A DNA stretch of 38,468 nucleotides from an uncultured Marinobacter sp. (GTDB lineage: Bacteria; Pseudomonadota; Gammaproteobacteria; Pseudomonadales; Oleiphilaceae). The DNA is taken from the NCBI GenBank assembly GCA_964530545.1, contig CAZHAY010000012.1, forward strand, positions 1-38,468, given 5' to 3'. Each line of letters opens with the position of its first letter. The stretch's first letter is position 1. The notes below the pieces were generated by a model. It searched no databases, was not told where the DNA came from, and was given only the letters and a program-made list of their open reading frames with translations. Shown here piece after piece: positions 29,691-38,468 of the stretch. The position numbers and the translations under genes are program-made.

Positions 29691-32540
29691 ATGGGCACTC
29701 ATTCTGCTGCACACCGGATGTTGACAGGGCTGGCCACATTGCTGGCCCTGCTGGCTTTTACCACCGTACAGGCTGCTGACCAGGACCGGCTGGTACCCAT
29801 CAAGAGCCCGGCGGACAGCAACCAGTACCGCTATCTGAACCTTGAGAATGATCTAAAGGTGCTGCTGGTTTCCGATCCCGATGCGGGCAAGGCGGCTGCT
29901 TCCCTGAACATTGCGGTAGGCAGCGGCAACGACCCGGCCGGCCGGGAAGGCATGGCCCACTTTCTGGAGCACATGCTGTTCCTGGGCACCGAGAAGTACC
30001 CGGACCCCGGGGAATACCAGCAGTTTATCCGTAGCCACGGAGGCAGCCATAACGCGTTCACGGCGTTTCAGGACACCAACTATTTTTTTGATATTCAGGC
30101 CAGCTACCTGGAGCCCGCCCTCGACCGTTTCGCTCAGCAGTTTTCAGCTCCGCTGTTCACCCCCGAGCTGGTCGACCGGGAGCGCAACGCGGTTCACTCC
30201 GAGTACAGTGCCTCCCTCAAGGACGACAGCCGTCGCTATTTTTCCGTCCGTAAGGCTATCAGTAATCCGGATCATTCCTTCAGCCAGTTCTCAGTGGGCA
30301 ACCTGGTTACCCTGGACAATACGGAAGAACGGCCCCTTCGCGACGACCTGATTGAGTTCTGGGAGAACCAGTACTCCGCCAATCTGATGACCCTCGCTGT
30401 CTACGGACCGCAATCCCTCGACGAGCTGGAAGCCATGGTCCGGCCCCGCTTCCAGGTCATTGAGAACCGGGAACTGACGGTTCTTGAGCACACCATGCCC
30501 CTGTTTGACCATGACACTTTCCCTGCCCGGCTTCAGGTGCAGACCATCAAGGACGTCAAACAGTTACAACTGATTTTTCCGATTGGTTCCCAGCAGGAAC
30601 TCTACCCCGTTAAACCACTGCATTACGTGGCGAGCCTGCTGGGGCACGAGGGCCCGGGCAGCCTGTTTGATATCCTCAAGCGCCGGGGCTGGGTTGAGAG
30701 CCTGTATGCCGGCAGCGGCATGGATACCGGTGTTCACTCCACGCTGGAGCTGGGCATGACGCTGACCCAGGACGGCCTGCGTCATCAGGACGAGATCGTC
30801 GCACTAACCTTTGATTATATTGACCTGGTCCGTGAACAGGGCATCAACCAAGACCGCTTTGAAGAAGCACGGCAATTGGCGGAAATCGACTTCCGCTTCC
30901 AGCAACGCCCCGAACCGCTGCAACTGGTCATGCGGCTCTCCATGGAGATGCAGGAAGTGGCGCCAGAGGATGTACTCCGGGCCCGCTACATAATGACCGA
31001 CTACGCCCCGGACCAGTACCGGGAGCTGCTGCAGGCCCTGACCCCGGACAACGTGCTCATCACCGTCCGTACCCACGATCCATTGCCAGACACGGCTGAG
31101 ACAACCACCTGGTACGACACGTCTTATGTGCTGGAAAAAAACATCTCCGTGCCTACGGAGACTGACGGGGTCGCCGAGCTGGCCGGACACTTGGCGCTGC
31201 CGGGTGCCAACCCCTTTGTGCCGGAAGACCTCAGCCTGGTAGACGGCGAATCCATGGCCAGGCCAGACCGTCTGGCGACCCTGGACAATCTGGAACTCTG
31301 GTTTTCCAAGGACACCCGCTTCGGACGCCCCGAGGCCAATATTTTCCTGAGTTTACGGTCACCATTGACGACGAAGTCCCCCCGGGGCCAGGTATTGACG
31401 CACCTCCTTGCCGAGGCGGTTTCCGTCGAACTCAATCCCTGGGCGTACCCGGCCCGGACCGCGGGCCTGGACTATCAGATCTATCCCCATTTGCGGGGGC
31501 TGACGGTGCGAGCCGGCGGTTATCATGACCGGTTACCGGTGCTGCTGAATCGCATCGTAACCATTCTGGGCGACCCGGTGATTACCGAGCAGCGGTTTCA
31601 GATCGCTCGCCAAAGGCTAATGGATAACCTGCGCAACCGGCTGAAGGACCGCCCGGTTTCCCAGGCGGCGACCCTGGTACAGGATGCACTGATTGAAGGC
31701 GCCTGGACCGTCAACGAAAAGCTGGCAGCGGCAGAAGCGCTGACTGTGGATGACCTGCGCACGTTCGCGGCCTCATTTACCGACCAGGCGGATGCCGTCA
31801 TGCTGATCCATGGCAACGCAACGCGGGCCTTTGCGCTGAACACCGCTGCCCAGACGAAAGCAATCCTGCTGAATGACTCCCGGATGGCCACCGTGTCGCG
31901 AAGTCAGGTGCGGGCGCTGCCTGATGACGGCCAGACCGAGATCCAGCTGGCGGTACCCCATCCGGATACCGGCTACCTGCGCTATCACCAGGGCCGGGAC
32001 ACCGAATTCCCGGAGCGCGCCCGCTACCGCCTGCTGACCCAGATAGTCAGCGGTGCGTTCTATGAAGAAATCCGGACCCAGCGGCAGATGGGCTATATCG
32101 TGTATGCGACGCCCTTCGAGATGTTGGAAACACCCGCCATCGGGCTGGTGGTGCAATCCCCCGAAGCCGGTGCAGAAGCCATTGATAAGGCCGTATCCGA
32201 GTTTGCCGCAGAGTTCCGCCCGCGGCTGGCCGACATGGATGAGAGTGCACTGGAGCGGGAGCGGCAGGCGGTCATCAGCAAGCTGACCGAGCAGGAGCGC
32301 ACCCTGTCGGCGGTATCGGAGCGGTACTGGCAGGAAATTGACCGGCAGGCGCTGGACTTCGACACCCGCCAGCAACTCGCCGACGCTGTTGCCGCGGTCA
32401 GCAAAGACGAACTGCTGACCGTATTTGACCGGGTGTTTGATACTCAGCAGGCCAGCCTGCTGGTGTTAACCGGTCCCGACCGGGAAACCTCCCATGAGAC
32501 CCTGGAACGCCTGCGGGCTCAGCCGCCGCTTTCCGACTGA
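29691..32540 (+). CDS. Secreted M16A (insulinase/pitrilysin-like) zinc metallopeptidase
   Basis: Signal peptide, inverted zinc motif HFLEH, NAFT, ERNAVHSE, IRTQRQMGY. Confidence 0.92.
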   Translation: MGTHSAAHRMLTGLATLLALLAFTTVQAADQDRLVPIKSPADSNQYRYLNLENDLKVLLVSDPDAGKAAASLNIAVGSGNDPAGREGMAHFLEHMLFLGTEKYPDPGEYQQFIRSHGGSHNAFTAFQDTNYFFDIQASYLEPALDRFAQQFSAPLFTPELVDRERNAVHSEYSASLKDDSRRYFSVRKAISNPDHSFSQFSVGNLVTLDNTEERPLRDDLIEFWENQYSANLMTLAVYGPQSLDELEAMVRPRFQVIENRELTVLEHTMPLFDHDTFPARLQVQTIKDVKQLQLIFPIGSQQELYPVKPLHYVASLLGHEGPGSLFDILKRRGWVESLYAGSGMDTGVHSTLELGMTLTQDGLRHQDEIVALTFDYIDLVREQGINQDRFEEARQLAEIDFRFQQRPEPLQLVMRLSMEMQEVAPEDVLRARYIMTDYAPDQYRELLQALTPDNVLITVRTHDPLPDTAETTTWYDTSYVLEKNISVPTETDGVAELAGHLALPGANPFVPEDLSLVDGESMARPDRLATLDNLELWFSKDTRFGRPEANIFLSLRSPLTTKSPRGQVLTHLLAEAVSVELNPWAYPARTAGLDYQIYPHLRGLTVRAGGYHDRLPVLLNRIVTILGDPVITEQRFQIARQRLMDNLRNRLKDRPVSQAATLVQDALIEGAWTVNEKLAAAEALTVDDLRTFAASFTDQADAVMLIHGNATRAFALNTAAQTKAILLNDSRMATVSRSQVRALPDDGQTEIQLAVPHPDTGYLRYHQGRDTEFPERARYRLLTQIVSGAFYEEIRTQRQMGYIVYATPFEMLETPAIGLVVQSPEAGAEAIDKAVSEFAAEFRPRLADMDESALERERQAVISKLTEQERTLSAVSERYWQEIDRQALDFDTRQQLADAVAAVSKDELLTVFDRVFDTQQASLLVLTGPDRETSHETLERLRAQPPLSD

Positions 32541-33160
32541 GCCATGAAACGGATGAACCGGTGCCAGTCCGCCGGTTCATCCACATCCCACCGGGGTGGC
32601 AAAAGCGCCACCGACAACCCTGAGCGCTCCGCAGCGTTGATACTCTGCGTTAGCGCATCAGACGTACCCCAGGCCACACCCGACAACATGTCTGGCGCTG
32701 TCCTGCGGGCCCCAATCAGCACGTAACCGCCATCATCCGACGGACCAAACACCACGTCGGCCTGATCGAGTAAAACCCTCGCCTGCTCAATATAGGACGC
32801 ATCAACGGACGGGCAATCGCTGCCAATGACCATCGCCCGGTCAGCCTGGACCAGTGCTGTTGAGAGCGCATGGGTCATGCGTTCCCCAAGATCGGCGCCC
32901 TGCTGAAGGCCAGTCTGAATATCACGACGTGCCAGGGCATCAAGAATGGCGCGGGACTCTGCTGGCGGCGTAACCAGCGACTCATCCCAGGCCAGCTGCA
33001 AGGGGTGGCCACTGGCCTGCAGCTGGTCCATTACCGTCAACGTCAGACGGATATGAGCCTGCAGTGCGCCATAAACGCCCAGCTCCGGTTCCAGCCGGGT
33101 CTTGACGCGGCCGGGCCGGGGCCACCTGGCAAACTGGATCAACTGGACCGTACAACTCAT
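32519..33160 (-). CDS. TIGR04282/DUF2064-family transferase (rSAM/arsenosugar-associated)
   Basis: FARWPRPGRVKTRL, QGADLGERM, IGSDCP, GPSDDGGYVLIG, DVD; ATGA coupling with the upstream gene. Confidence 0.88.
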   Translation of the reverse strand: MSCTVQLIQFARWPRPGRVKTRLEPELGVYGALQAHIRLTLTVMDQLQASGHPLQLAWDESLVTPPAESRAILDALARRDIQTGLQQGADLGERMTHALSTALVQADRAMVIGSDCPSVDASYIEQARVLLDQADVVFGPSDDGGYVLIGARRTAPDMLSGVAWGTSDALTQSINAAERSGLSVALLPPRWDVDEPADWHRFIRFMAQSESGG

Positions 33161-33891
33161 GGAGACCGGGCCTCAGTCGAGGCATTGATACTGCCGCGCC
33201 GCACTTCCGTACGATAGGCCTGTGCGAGTACGGCCGGGTCCGCGCCGCGCCAGTATCGCCATCGCAGCCGCCACATTAACCAGATCGTGCGCCAGATGCC
33301 GTGCTTTTCCCACCGCCGACTGTCTGTGAGTACCGGTGGTGACGCACAATACGGCGGACAGATACGCCGCAAGCGCCTGCACAGCTCCACGTCCTCCATC
33401 AACGGAATCTCCTGGAATCCAGCGAGCGACTCGAACACTTCGCGACGCACAAAAATGCCCTGGTCACCGGTCGCAATGCCGGTGAGTCTGGAGCGCAGGT
33501 TCATCAGGAGGGCGATAAGCCGGAACATGGGCTGGCGGCCGCTCAGCCGGACATCGAAGCGACCCCAGGCCCGGTTACTGCGGAGAAATTTCTGCAGCAC
33601 CTGCCCGGCTTCGGAGGGCAGTATGGTGTCGCCGTGGAGGAAAAGTAACAGCTCGCCGGAGGCCGAAAGGGCGCCAAGATTCATCTGAAAGGCCCGGCCA
33701 GGATCACATTCTAATAGCTGATCACAGAGCGGTTCCGCCAGCGCCAGGGTGCCATCGGTGCTATGGCCATCCACCACAATCACCTCGGCTCCGCCCTGTC
33801 GCAAACCAGCAAGCCGCTGCAACGTAGGTACAATCGCAACGGCTTCATTAAGAACCGGAATAATAATGCTGACCGACGTCAGACCCGCCAC
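33157..33891 (-). CDS. TIGR04283-family GT2 glycosyltransferase (rSAM/arsenosugar-associated)
   Basis: SIIIPVLNE, VVDG, GRAFQMN, LFLHGD, TGDQG, LMED, SRRW. Start estimated at GTG 33891. Confidence 0.88.
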   Translation of the reverse strand: MAGLTSVSIIIPVLNEAVAIVPTLQRLAGLRQGGAEVIVVDGHSTDGTLALAEPLCDQLLECDPGRAFQMNLGALSASGELLLFLHGDTILPSEAGQVLQKFLRSNRAWGRFDVRLSGRQPMFRLIALLMNLRSRLTGIATGDQGIFVRREVFESLAGFQEIPLMEDVELCRRLRRICPPYCASPPVLTDSRRWEKHGIWRTIWLMWRLRWRYWRGADPAVLAQAYRTEVRRGSINASTEARSP

Positions 33892-33947
33892 GAAACACCC
33901 CGAAGCAGAACGGAACGACCAGGCCCCGCAGCGACGCAAAAACCGCC

Positions 33948-33976
33948 TTGAGACCTGAACCTCAGCCCGTTATCAT
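33948..33976 (+). promoter_or_regulatory. Sigma70 promoter of tRNA-Arg
   Basis: TTGAGA-N17-TATCAT followed by a GC-rich discriminator (ACCGGCC), 20 nt before the tRNA. Confidence 0.8.
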
Positions 33977-33996
33977 ACCGGCCTTTCCGCGGTAAC

Positions 33997-34073
33997 GCCC
34001 CCGTAGCTCATCTGGATAGAGCGTCCCCCTCCTAAGGGGAAGGTAGCAGGTTCAAGTCCTGCCGGGGGTACCA
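33997..34073 (+). tRNA. tRNA-Arg (anticodon CCT)
   Basis: 77 nt; acceptor GCCCCCG/CGGGGGT; D arm GCTC/GAGC; anticodon stem TCCCC/GGGGA with loop CTCCTAA; T arm GCAGG-TTCAAGT-CCTGC; encoded CCA. Confidence 0.97.
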
Positions 34074-34082
34074 CTAACTGAC

Positions 34083-35813
34083 TCAGTCGCTCCCAACACT
34101 CACAATTGGCGTCAGACTAACGGTAGCAACCCGAACGCCGATCATGGCTTCGACGCGAACGCGCATGGCTTCGATTACCAGCTCGGTTCCTTCCGTGGGT
34201 TCGACATCACCCAGCTTTTTCTTGACCAGCTGATCCAGCGTTAACTCACGCTCTTCACCCAGATGGATGCCGTAGGAACTCATAACATCATCCACTCGGG
34301 TATTGCCCTTCAGCCACAGGCGTTCGGTGGTGGTTTCGTTATTATCAAAAGCCTTCAGGGCTTCGGAGAAAACGCAGTCCACAAAGGGGCGAATAGCAGG
34401 CTTTAACACGACGAACAGGTGGTCTCCTGCGAGCAACCGTGTAGAACCCCGGGGCGCAATCACTTCCTGCCCGCGGGTAACCATGGCAACGACGGTTCCG
34501 TCCGGCAACGCCATCCGCGACAGGAGCCGGCTGGCTGCCCTGGGATTATCCCCTAACATGTACTGGACAATTTCCGCGTCGACGTCGTTAAGCGCAGAAA
34601 TTTCCAGAGTTGCCGCCGGCTGCGCCTCCGGCTCTTCGGTCAGGCCGAGCTTCCGCGATACCCACGGAAGCGAGGACCCCTGCACGGTAGCCGAGATCAG
34701 AACCACGAAGAAAACCACGTTAAAAATGATCGGGGCTTCTTCCAGCCCATAGATCAGGGGGAAAATCGCCAGGATGATGGGCACGGATCCCCGCAGCCCC
34801 ACCCAGGAAACCAGCGTTATTTCACGACCGCCGAAACCAAAGAATTTAAGTACCGGAACGACGACCAAGGGCCGGGCCACAAAGACGAGCACAAGGGCTA
34901 TCAGCAGACCTTCCAGCCAGACGTCGATCAGTGAAAGCGGGTCGACCAGCAGGCCAAGCATAACGAACATGGTGATCTGGCTGAGCCAGGCCATGCCGTC
35001 GTGGAAAAGAAACGTCCCCCGCTGAAAGACAAAACGACTGTTACCGATGATTACCCCTGCGATAAAAATCGCCAGGAAGCCACTTCCGTTAAGATTGGCT
35101 GCGACCCCAAAGGCCAGTAACCCACAGGCAGCAACCATTACGGGATACAGCCCCGTAGCCATGAGCTGAATACGGTTGATAACATGCACAGACGCCCAGC
35201 CTACCGCCAGGCCAACCACCGCACCGATGCCCATCTGCATCACGAAAAGCTGAAACAGACCCAACCCCAGGGGCAGATCATTCACCAGAATTTCCAGCAG
35301 ACCCACCGTCAGGAAAATTGCCATCGGGTCGTTGGATGCGCTTTCAATTTCCAGTATGGACTTGAGGCGCTTGTTCAGATGGATGCCCGCATTCCGTAGC
35401 AGGGAGAATACCGCTGCGGCGTCTGTGGAGCCGACAATGGCGCCAAGAAGCAAGCCATGCAGAAGTGGCAGATCAAGAATCCAGGCAGCGGCAAGGCCCG
35501 TTATGGCAGCTGTGCCCAGTACCCCGAACGTGGCCAGAACAGATGCGGGCTTCCAGACCTGCTTGATGGCAGCGACAGGCGTTTGCAGGCCGCCGTCAAA
35601 CAGAATCATGGCGAGCGCAAGCGTACCCAGAGCATGGGCCGCATTGGGGTTATCAAAGGAAATCCCCCCGACCCCGTTCTCCCCGGCCAACATACCAATC
35701 ATCAGGAAGAGTACGAGCACCGGTAACCCAAGACGAGCAGAGAGCTTGCTGGAGAGGATACCGGTCAGGATCAGAATCGCGGCCAGTAAAATCAGTTGAT
35801 CAATGACGAACAT
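34083..35813 (-). CDS. cvrA: K+/H+ antiporter (CvrA/NhaP2 type) with TrkA-C domain
   Basis: ILFDGG, STDAAAVF, EIESASNDPMA, WVGLRGSVPI; soluble C-terminal domains; GGAGG RBS. Confidence 0.88.
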   Translation of the reverse strand: MFVIDQLILLAAILILTGILSSKLSARLGLPVLVLFLMIGMLAGENGVGGISFDNPNAAHALGTLALAMILFDGGLQTPVAAIKQVWKPASVLATFGVLGTAAITGLAAAWILDLPLLHGLLLGAIVGSTDAAAVFSLLRNAGIHLNKRLKSILEIESASNDPMAIFLTVGLLEILVNDLPLGLGLFQLFVMQMGIGAVVGLAVGWASVHVINRIQLMATGLYPVMVAACGLLAFGVAANLNGSGFLAIFIAGVIIGNSRFVFQRGTFLFHDGMAWLSQITMFVMLGLLVDPLSLIDVWLEGLLIALVLVFVARPLVVVPVLKFFGFGGREITLVSWVGLRGSVPIILAIFPLIYGLEEAPIIFNVVFFVVLISATVQGSSLPWVSRKLGLTEEPEAQPAATLEISALNDVDAEIVQYMLGDNPRAASRLLSRMALPDGTVVAMVTRGQEVIAPRGSTRLLAGDHLFVVLKPAIRPFVDCVFSEALKAFDNNETTTERLWLKGNTRVDDVMSSYGIHLGEERELTLDQLVKKKLGDVEPTEGTELVIEAMRVRVEAMIGVRVATVSLTPIVSVGSD

Positions 35814-35906
35814 CCGGTATCCTCCTGTTGAAACTTGCCTGCTCGCGCATCATTTACCTCCGTACCCCAAATGGATTCCCGCGCCTGAATTTCACGTAAA
35901 GCGGTC

Positions 35907-35935
35907 TTGATAGTATTGTTGTGGGCCAAGATAAT
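35907..35935 (+). promoter_or_regulatory. Sigma70 promoter candidate for the Ca2+/Na+ antiporter gene
   Basis: TTGATA-N17-GATAAT in an AT-rich spacer. Confidence 0.55.
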
Positions 35936-36025
35936 ACAGAATTTACAAGCTAATAGTGACTGTTGACTGCAATTAAGCTGCTGAATTTCAGCTGAAACCC
36001 AACGACCTGCCATGGAGTCAGGCCC

Positions 36026-36991
36026 ATGTTAATGCCTTTGCTTGCGATCGCCGTCGGGTTGGTACTGCTCGTCTGGAGCGCCGACCGTTTTGTCGATGGT
36101 GCCGCTGTTACCGCAGATCACGCCGGCATGCCGCCGTTACTGATTGGCATGGTGGTCATCGGCTTCGGAACCTCGGCGCCCGAAATGGTTGTCTCCGCAC
36201 TGGCGGCTTCCCAGGGCAATCCGGGGCTCGCTCTGGGCAACGCCTACGGGTCCAATATCACCAATATTGCATTAATACTTGGCTTGACGGCTGTCATTGC
36301 CCCCATCACCGTCCACTCCCAGGTGCTACGGCGTGAATTGCCGGTACTTGCAGCGGTTACGGCCTTTGCCGCCTGGCAACTGTTTGACGGTGAACTCAGC
36401 CGACTGGATGCCTTTGGTCTGCTCGCCGTGTTTTTCTTTCTGCTGGGGTGGAGCATCTGGTCTGCAATCCGAACCCCGTCGGATGCTATTGCAACGGGGG
36501 TTGAAGCCGACCTGAAGAGTCATACCATGCCCCTGCGAAAGGCAATATTCTGGCTCGTGGTGGGGCTGATCGTGCTGATCATCAGCTCGCGCCTGCTGGT
36601 CTGGGGTGCCGTAGACCTCGCCTCCGCCTTTGGAGTAAGCGATCTGATTATCGGGCTCACGATCGTTGCGGTAGGTACCTCGTTACCGGAGCTGGCTTCG
36701 TCGTTGATCGCAATACGGAAGGGAGAGCACGACCTGGCCCTGGGCAATATACTCGGCTCCAACCTGTTCAACACCCTCGCGGTCGTCGGCATCGCTGCCA
36801 TGATCTCACCCATGGCCGTTGACAGAGAGGTATTAACAAGGGATATCCCGGTCATGGCCACGCTGACGCTTGCGCTGTTCGTGCTGGGTTGGGGGTTCCG
36901 GGGCCCGGGCCGGATCAATCGCCTGGAAGGGGTACTGTTGCTGGCGGTATTCGTGGGGTACACGGCTTATCTTGTTAGTACGGTATTTTAG
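36026..36991 (+). CDS. Calcium/sodium antiporter (YrbG/CaCA family)
   Basis: Two alpha repeats, GTSAPE...GNAYGSN and GTSLPE...GNILGSN; about 10 TM segments. Confidence 0.93.
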   Translation: MLMPLLAIAVGLVLLVWSADRFVDGAAVTADHAGMPPLLIGMVVIGFGTSAPEMVVSALAASQGNPGLALGNAYGSNITNIALILGLTAVIAPITVHSQVLRRELPVLAAVTAFAAWQLFDGELSRLDAFGLLAVFFFLLGWSIWSAIRTPSDAIATGVEADLKSHTMPLRKAIFWLVVGLIVLIISSRLLVWGAVDLASAFGVSDLIIGLTIVAVGTSLPELASSLIAIRKGEHDLALGNILGSNLFNTLAVVGIAAMISPMAVDREVLTRDIPVMATLTLALFVLGWGFRGPGRINRLEGVLLLAVFVGYTAYLVSTVF

Positions 36992-37026
36992 GCCTGACGA
37001 ACTCGCGGCACCGCTGAGACAGCCAT

Positions 37027-37527
37027 TCAGACGATAGAAGAAATCACTGCGTCACAGACGTCATCATGGGAAAGGCCCGGTCCCCGTATGGTGACGTCTG
37101 CGTAGCGGGTATACAACGCGAAGCGTTCCTCAAACAACTCAGCCAGTGTCTGGTCAGGGCGGCGGGATATACCACGGGTACTGTAGTCGCCGATCCGGGC
37201 CACCACCTCATCCAGTGGAATATCAAGGAAGACGACGAAGCCGTCCTGCCTGAGAAGCTCCATGGCGGCGCTGCTGTAAACCGCACTGCCGCCGGTGCTG
37301 ATGACATGACCGGTGACCTTCAGGCCGAGAAGCACCTGCTCTTCAATCTGGCGCAGCCTCTGATATCCGTCCTGGTCAACAATATCCTGCAGAGTACGGC
37401 CCTGCTGTTGCTGAATGACCAGGTCCGTATCCACGAAGCCCAGCCCCAGACGCTTGGCGAGAAGAACGCCGACCGTGCTTTTGCCGCTGCCGGGCATGCC
37501 TATCAGCACCAAATTTTTCGTAGTCAT
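37027..37527 (-). CDS. Shikimate kinase-family P-loop kinase
   Basis: GMPGSGKS Walker A, DTD, ISTGGS, ER..LY..YAD; not linked to aroB. Confidence 0.82.
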   Translation of the reverse strand: MTTKNLVLIGMPGSGKSTVGVLLAKRLGLGFVDTDLVIQQQQGRTLQDIVDQDGYQRLRQIEEQVLLGLKVTGHVISTGGSAVYSSAAMELLRQDGFVVFLDIPLDEVVARIGDYSTRGISRRPDQTLAELFEERFALYTRYADVTIRGPGLSHDDVCDAVISSIV

Positions 37528-37572
37528 TGGTAGTCCGTGGACGGGTTCAGGTTGAGCCGCTAATAGTTCGCG

Positions 37573-38136
37573 TTAACGCATGGCTTTCAATGCTTCTGCC
37601 CATTTGGCCATTTCAGTCAGCATAACGTCGGCGGAGCTTTGATGGGGTTCACCGGCGCGGAATTGCTGGTTTTCATCGAGATGTTCCCAGGGCATCTGGA
37701 CCATGACCCCTTCCACCATCGGCATCATCTTGACGGTGGTCACCAGCTGCTTCGCCAGTTGTGCCGAGCGCAGGCCGCCGGATACGCCGCCGTAGCTGAC
37801 GAAGCCGCACGGCTTATAATTCCACTCACTGTAGACGTAATTCACGGCGTTAAAGAATGAGGGTGGTGGGCAATAGTTGTATTCGGGAATGACGAACACG
37901 TAGGCATCCGCTTCGTTTACGCTGGCGGACCAGGCTTTGGTGTGATCGTTTTCGTAGGTCTGCAGCCGTGGATGGTTTGGCTCATCGTAAATCGGCAGAC
38001 TGAATTCAGCCAGATCCACCAGCGTGCTGGCGAACTGCCCGTTTTCATTGGCGAACCCGTGAAACCAGTTGGCGATGGCAGGTCCGACCCGGCCCGGGCG
38101 GGTACTGCAGATAATGGTATTAAGCTTTAAAGACAT
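37573..38136 (-). CDS. NADPH-dependent FMN reductase family protein
   Basis: STRPGRVG, PEYN, KPCGFVSYGGVSGG; ATG 38136 after GGGAG. Confidence 0.9.
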   Translation of the reverse strand: MSLKLNTIICSTRPGRVGPAIANWFHGFANENGQFASTLVDLAEFSLPIYDEPNHPRLQTYENDHTKAWSASVNEADAYVFVIPEYNYCPPPSFFNAVNYVYSEWNYKPCGFVSYGGVSGGLRSAQLAKQLVTTVKMMPMVEGVMVQMPWEHLDENQQFRAGEPHQSSADVMLTEMAKWAEALKAMR

Positions 38137-38357
38137 ACTAATTCTCCCGGTTCGCACACGTGGATAAACAGGACACGGTCAGTAACACGGTGTCAGACAG
38201 GAATTATCGGCGGATAGTTAGCAACCTTCAAGCTGAAATACCGAAACGTCGTGAACAGAGCTGGACATGGGTTGCATAACCCACGGCCGGCCCTGACCTG
38301 GGACCCGTTACAGATAAATGGCAACCGATCGGCTGGTCGGCAGCCAGGAAGCGAGTG

Positions 38358-38468
38358 TCAGTCGGTAATCAGCACCGCCTTAACATTCACAAACTCGTGC
38401 ATACCGAAACCACCGTGCTCGCGTCCATAACCGCTGTCTTTCACGCCGCCAAACGGGATGTTAGGCAA
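38358..38468 (-). CDS. 3' end of an NAD(P)-dependent aldehyde dehydrogenase (succinate-semialdehyde dehydrogenase-like), cut by the window edge
   Basis: Manual translation [36 protein letters not shown] matches the ALDH C-terminal motif; absent from the ORF track. Confidence 0.9.
   Translation of the reverse strand: MPNIPFGGVKDSGYGREHGGFGMHEFVNVKAVLITD

Noticed and set aside
9787-32540. Convergent 3' overlaps (mltF/recX 20 nt, deacetylase/motY 4 nt, peptidase/TIGR04282 22 nt)
   Set aside because: Common in compact bacterial genomes; no sign of a special mechanism.
35936-36025. yybP-ykoY or other ion-sensing riboswitch before the Ca2+/Na+ antiporter
   Set aside because: No aptamer consensus recognised; only a short palindrome, TTTCAGCTGAAA.
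38159-38167. Isolated DnaA-box-like 9-mer (CGTGGATAA)
   Set aside because: A single mismatched box, expected by chance.
1-38468. CRISPR array, prophage, transposase, integron, retron or other defence system
   Set aside because: No regularly spaced repeats, and no ORF with recognisable nuclease, recombinase, reverse transcriptase or phage motifs.

Overview
Gene-dense, GC-rich stretch of a gammaproteobacterial chromosome; gene content and order suggest Marinobacter or a relative (inference). About 35 CDS, mostly core functions: purine synthesis (purT, purL) around two Nudix genes, a gamma-CA-family gene, DUF1289 and a YqfO-like gene; then mltF, a stand-alone recX, DUF349 plus prc, mtnA divergent from mtaD-ubiG-mupP-yciK-grx-like-yaaA, rdgC, a Pat-type acetyltransferase divergent from a Zn-dependent deacetylase, motY (clear sigma28 promoter), pyrC-rnt, an M16 peptidase, the TIGR04283/TIGR04282 transferase pair and tRNA-Arg(CCT). 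Beyond the tRNA lies a possibly accessory block (K+/H+ antiporter, Ca2+/Na+ antiporter, shikimate kinase-like gene, FMN reductase, 3' end of an aldehyde dehydrogenase). I saw no transposase, integrase, prophage, CRISPR array or defence system, and I cannot support a clearly new multi-gene system. The best leads are a DnaA-box cluster with an IHF-like site far from dnaA (DARS-like, about 3750-3970), the divergent acetyltransferase/deacetylase pair, a structured leader before prc and a 3x12-bp repeat between recX and DUF349. All calls come from motif reading by eye; no searches were run.
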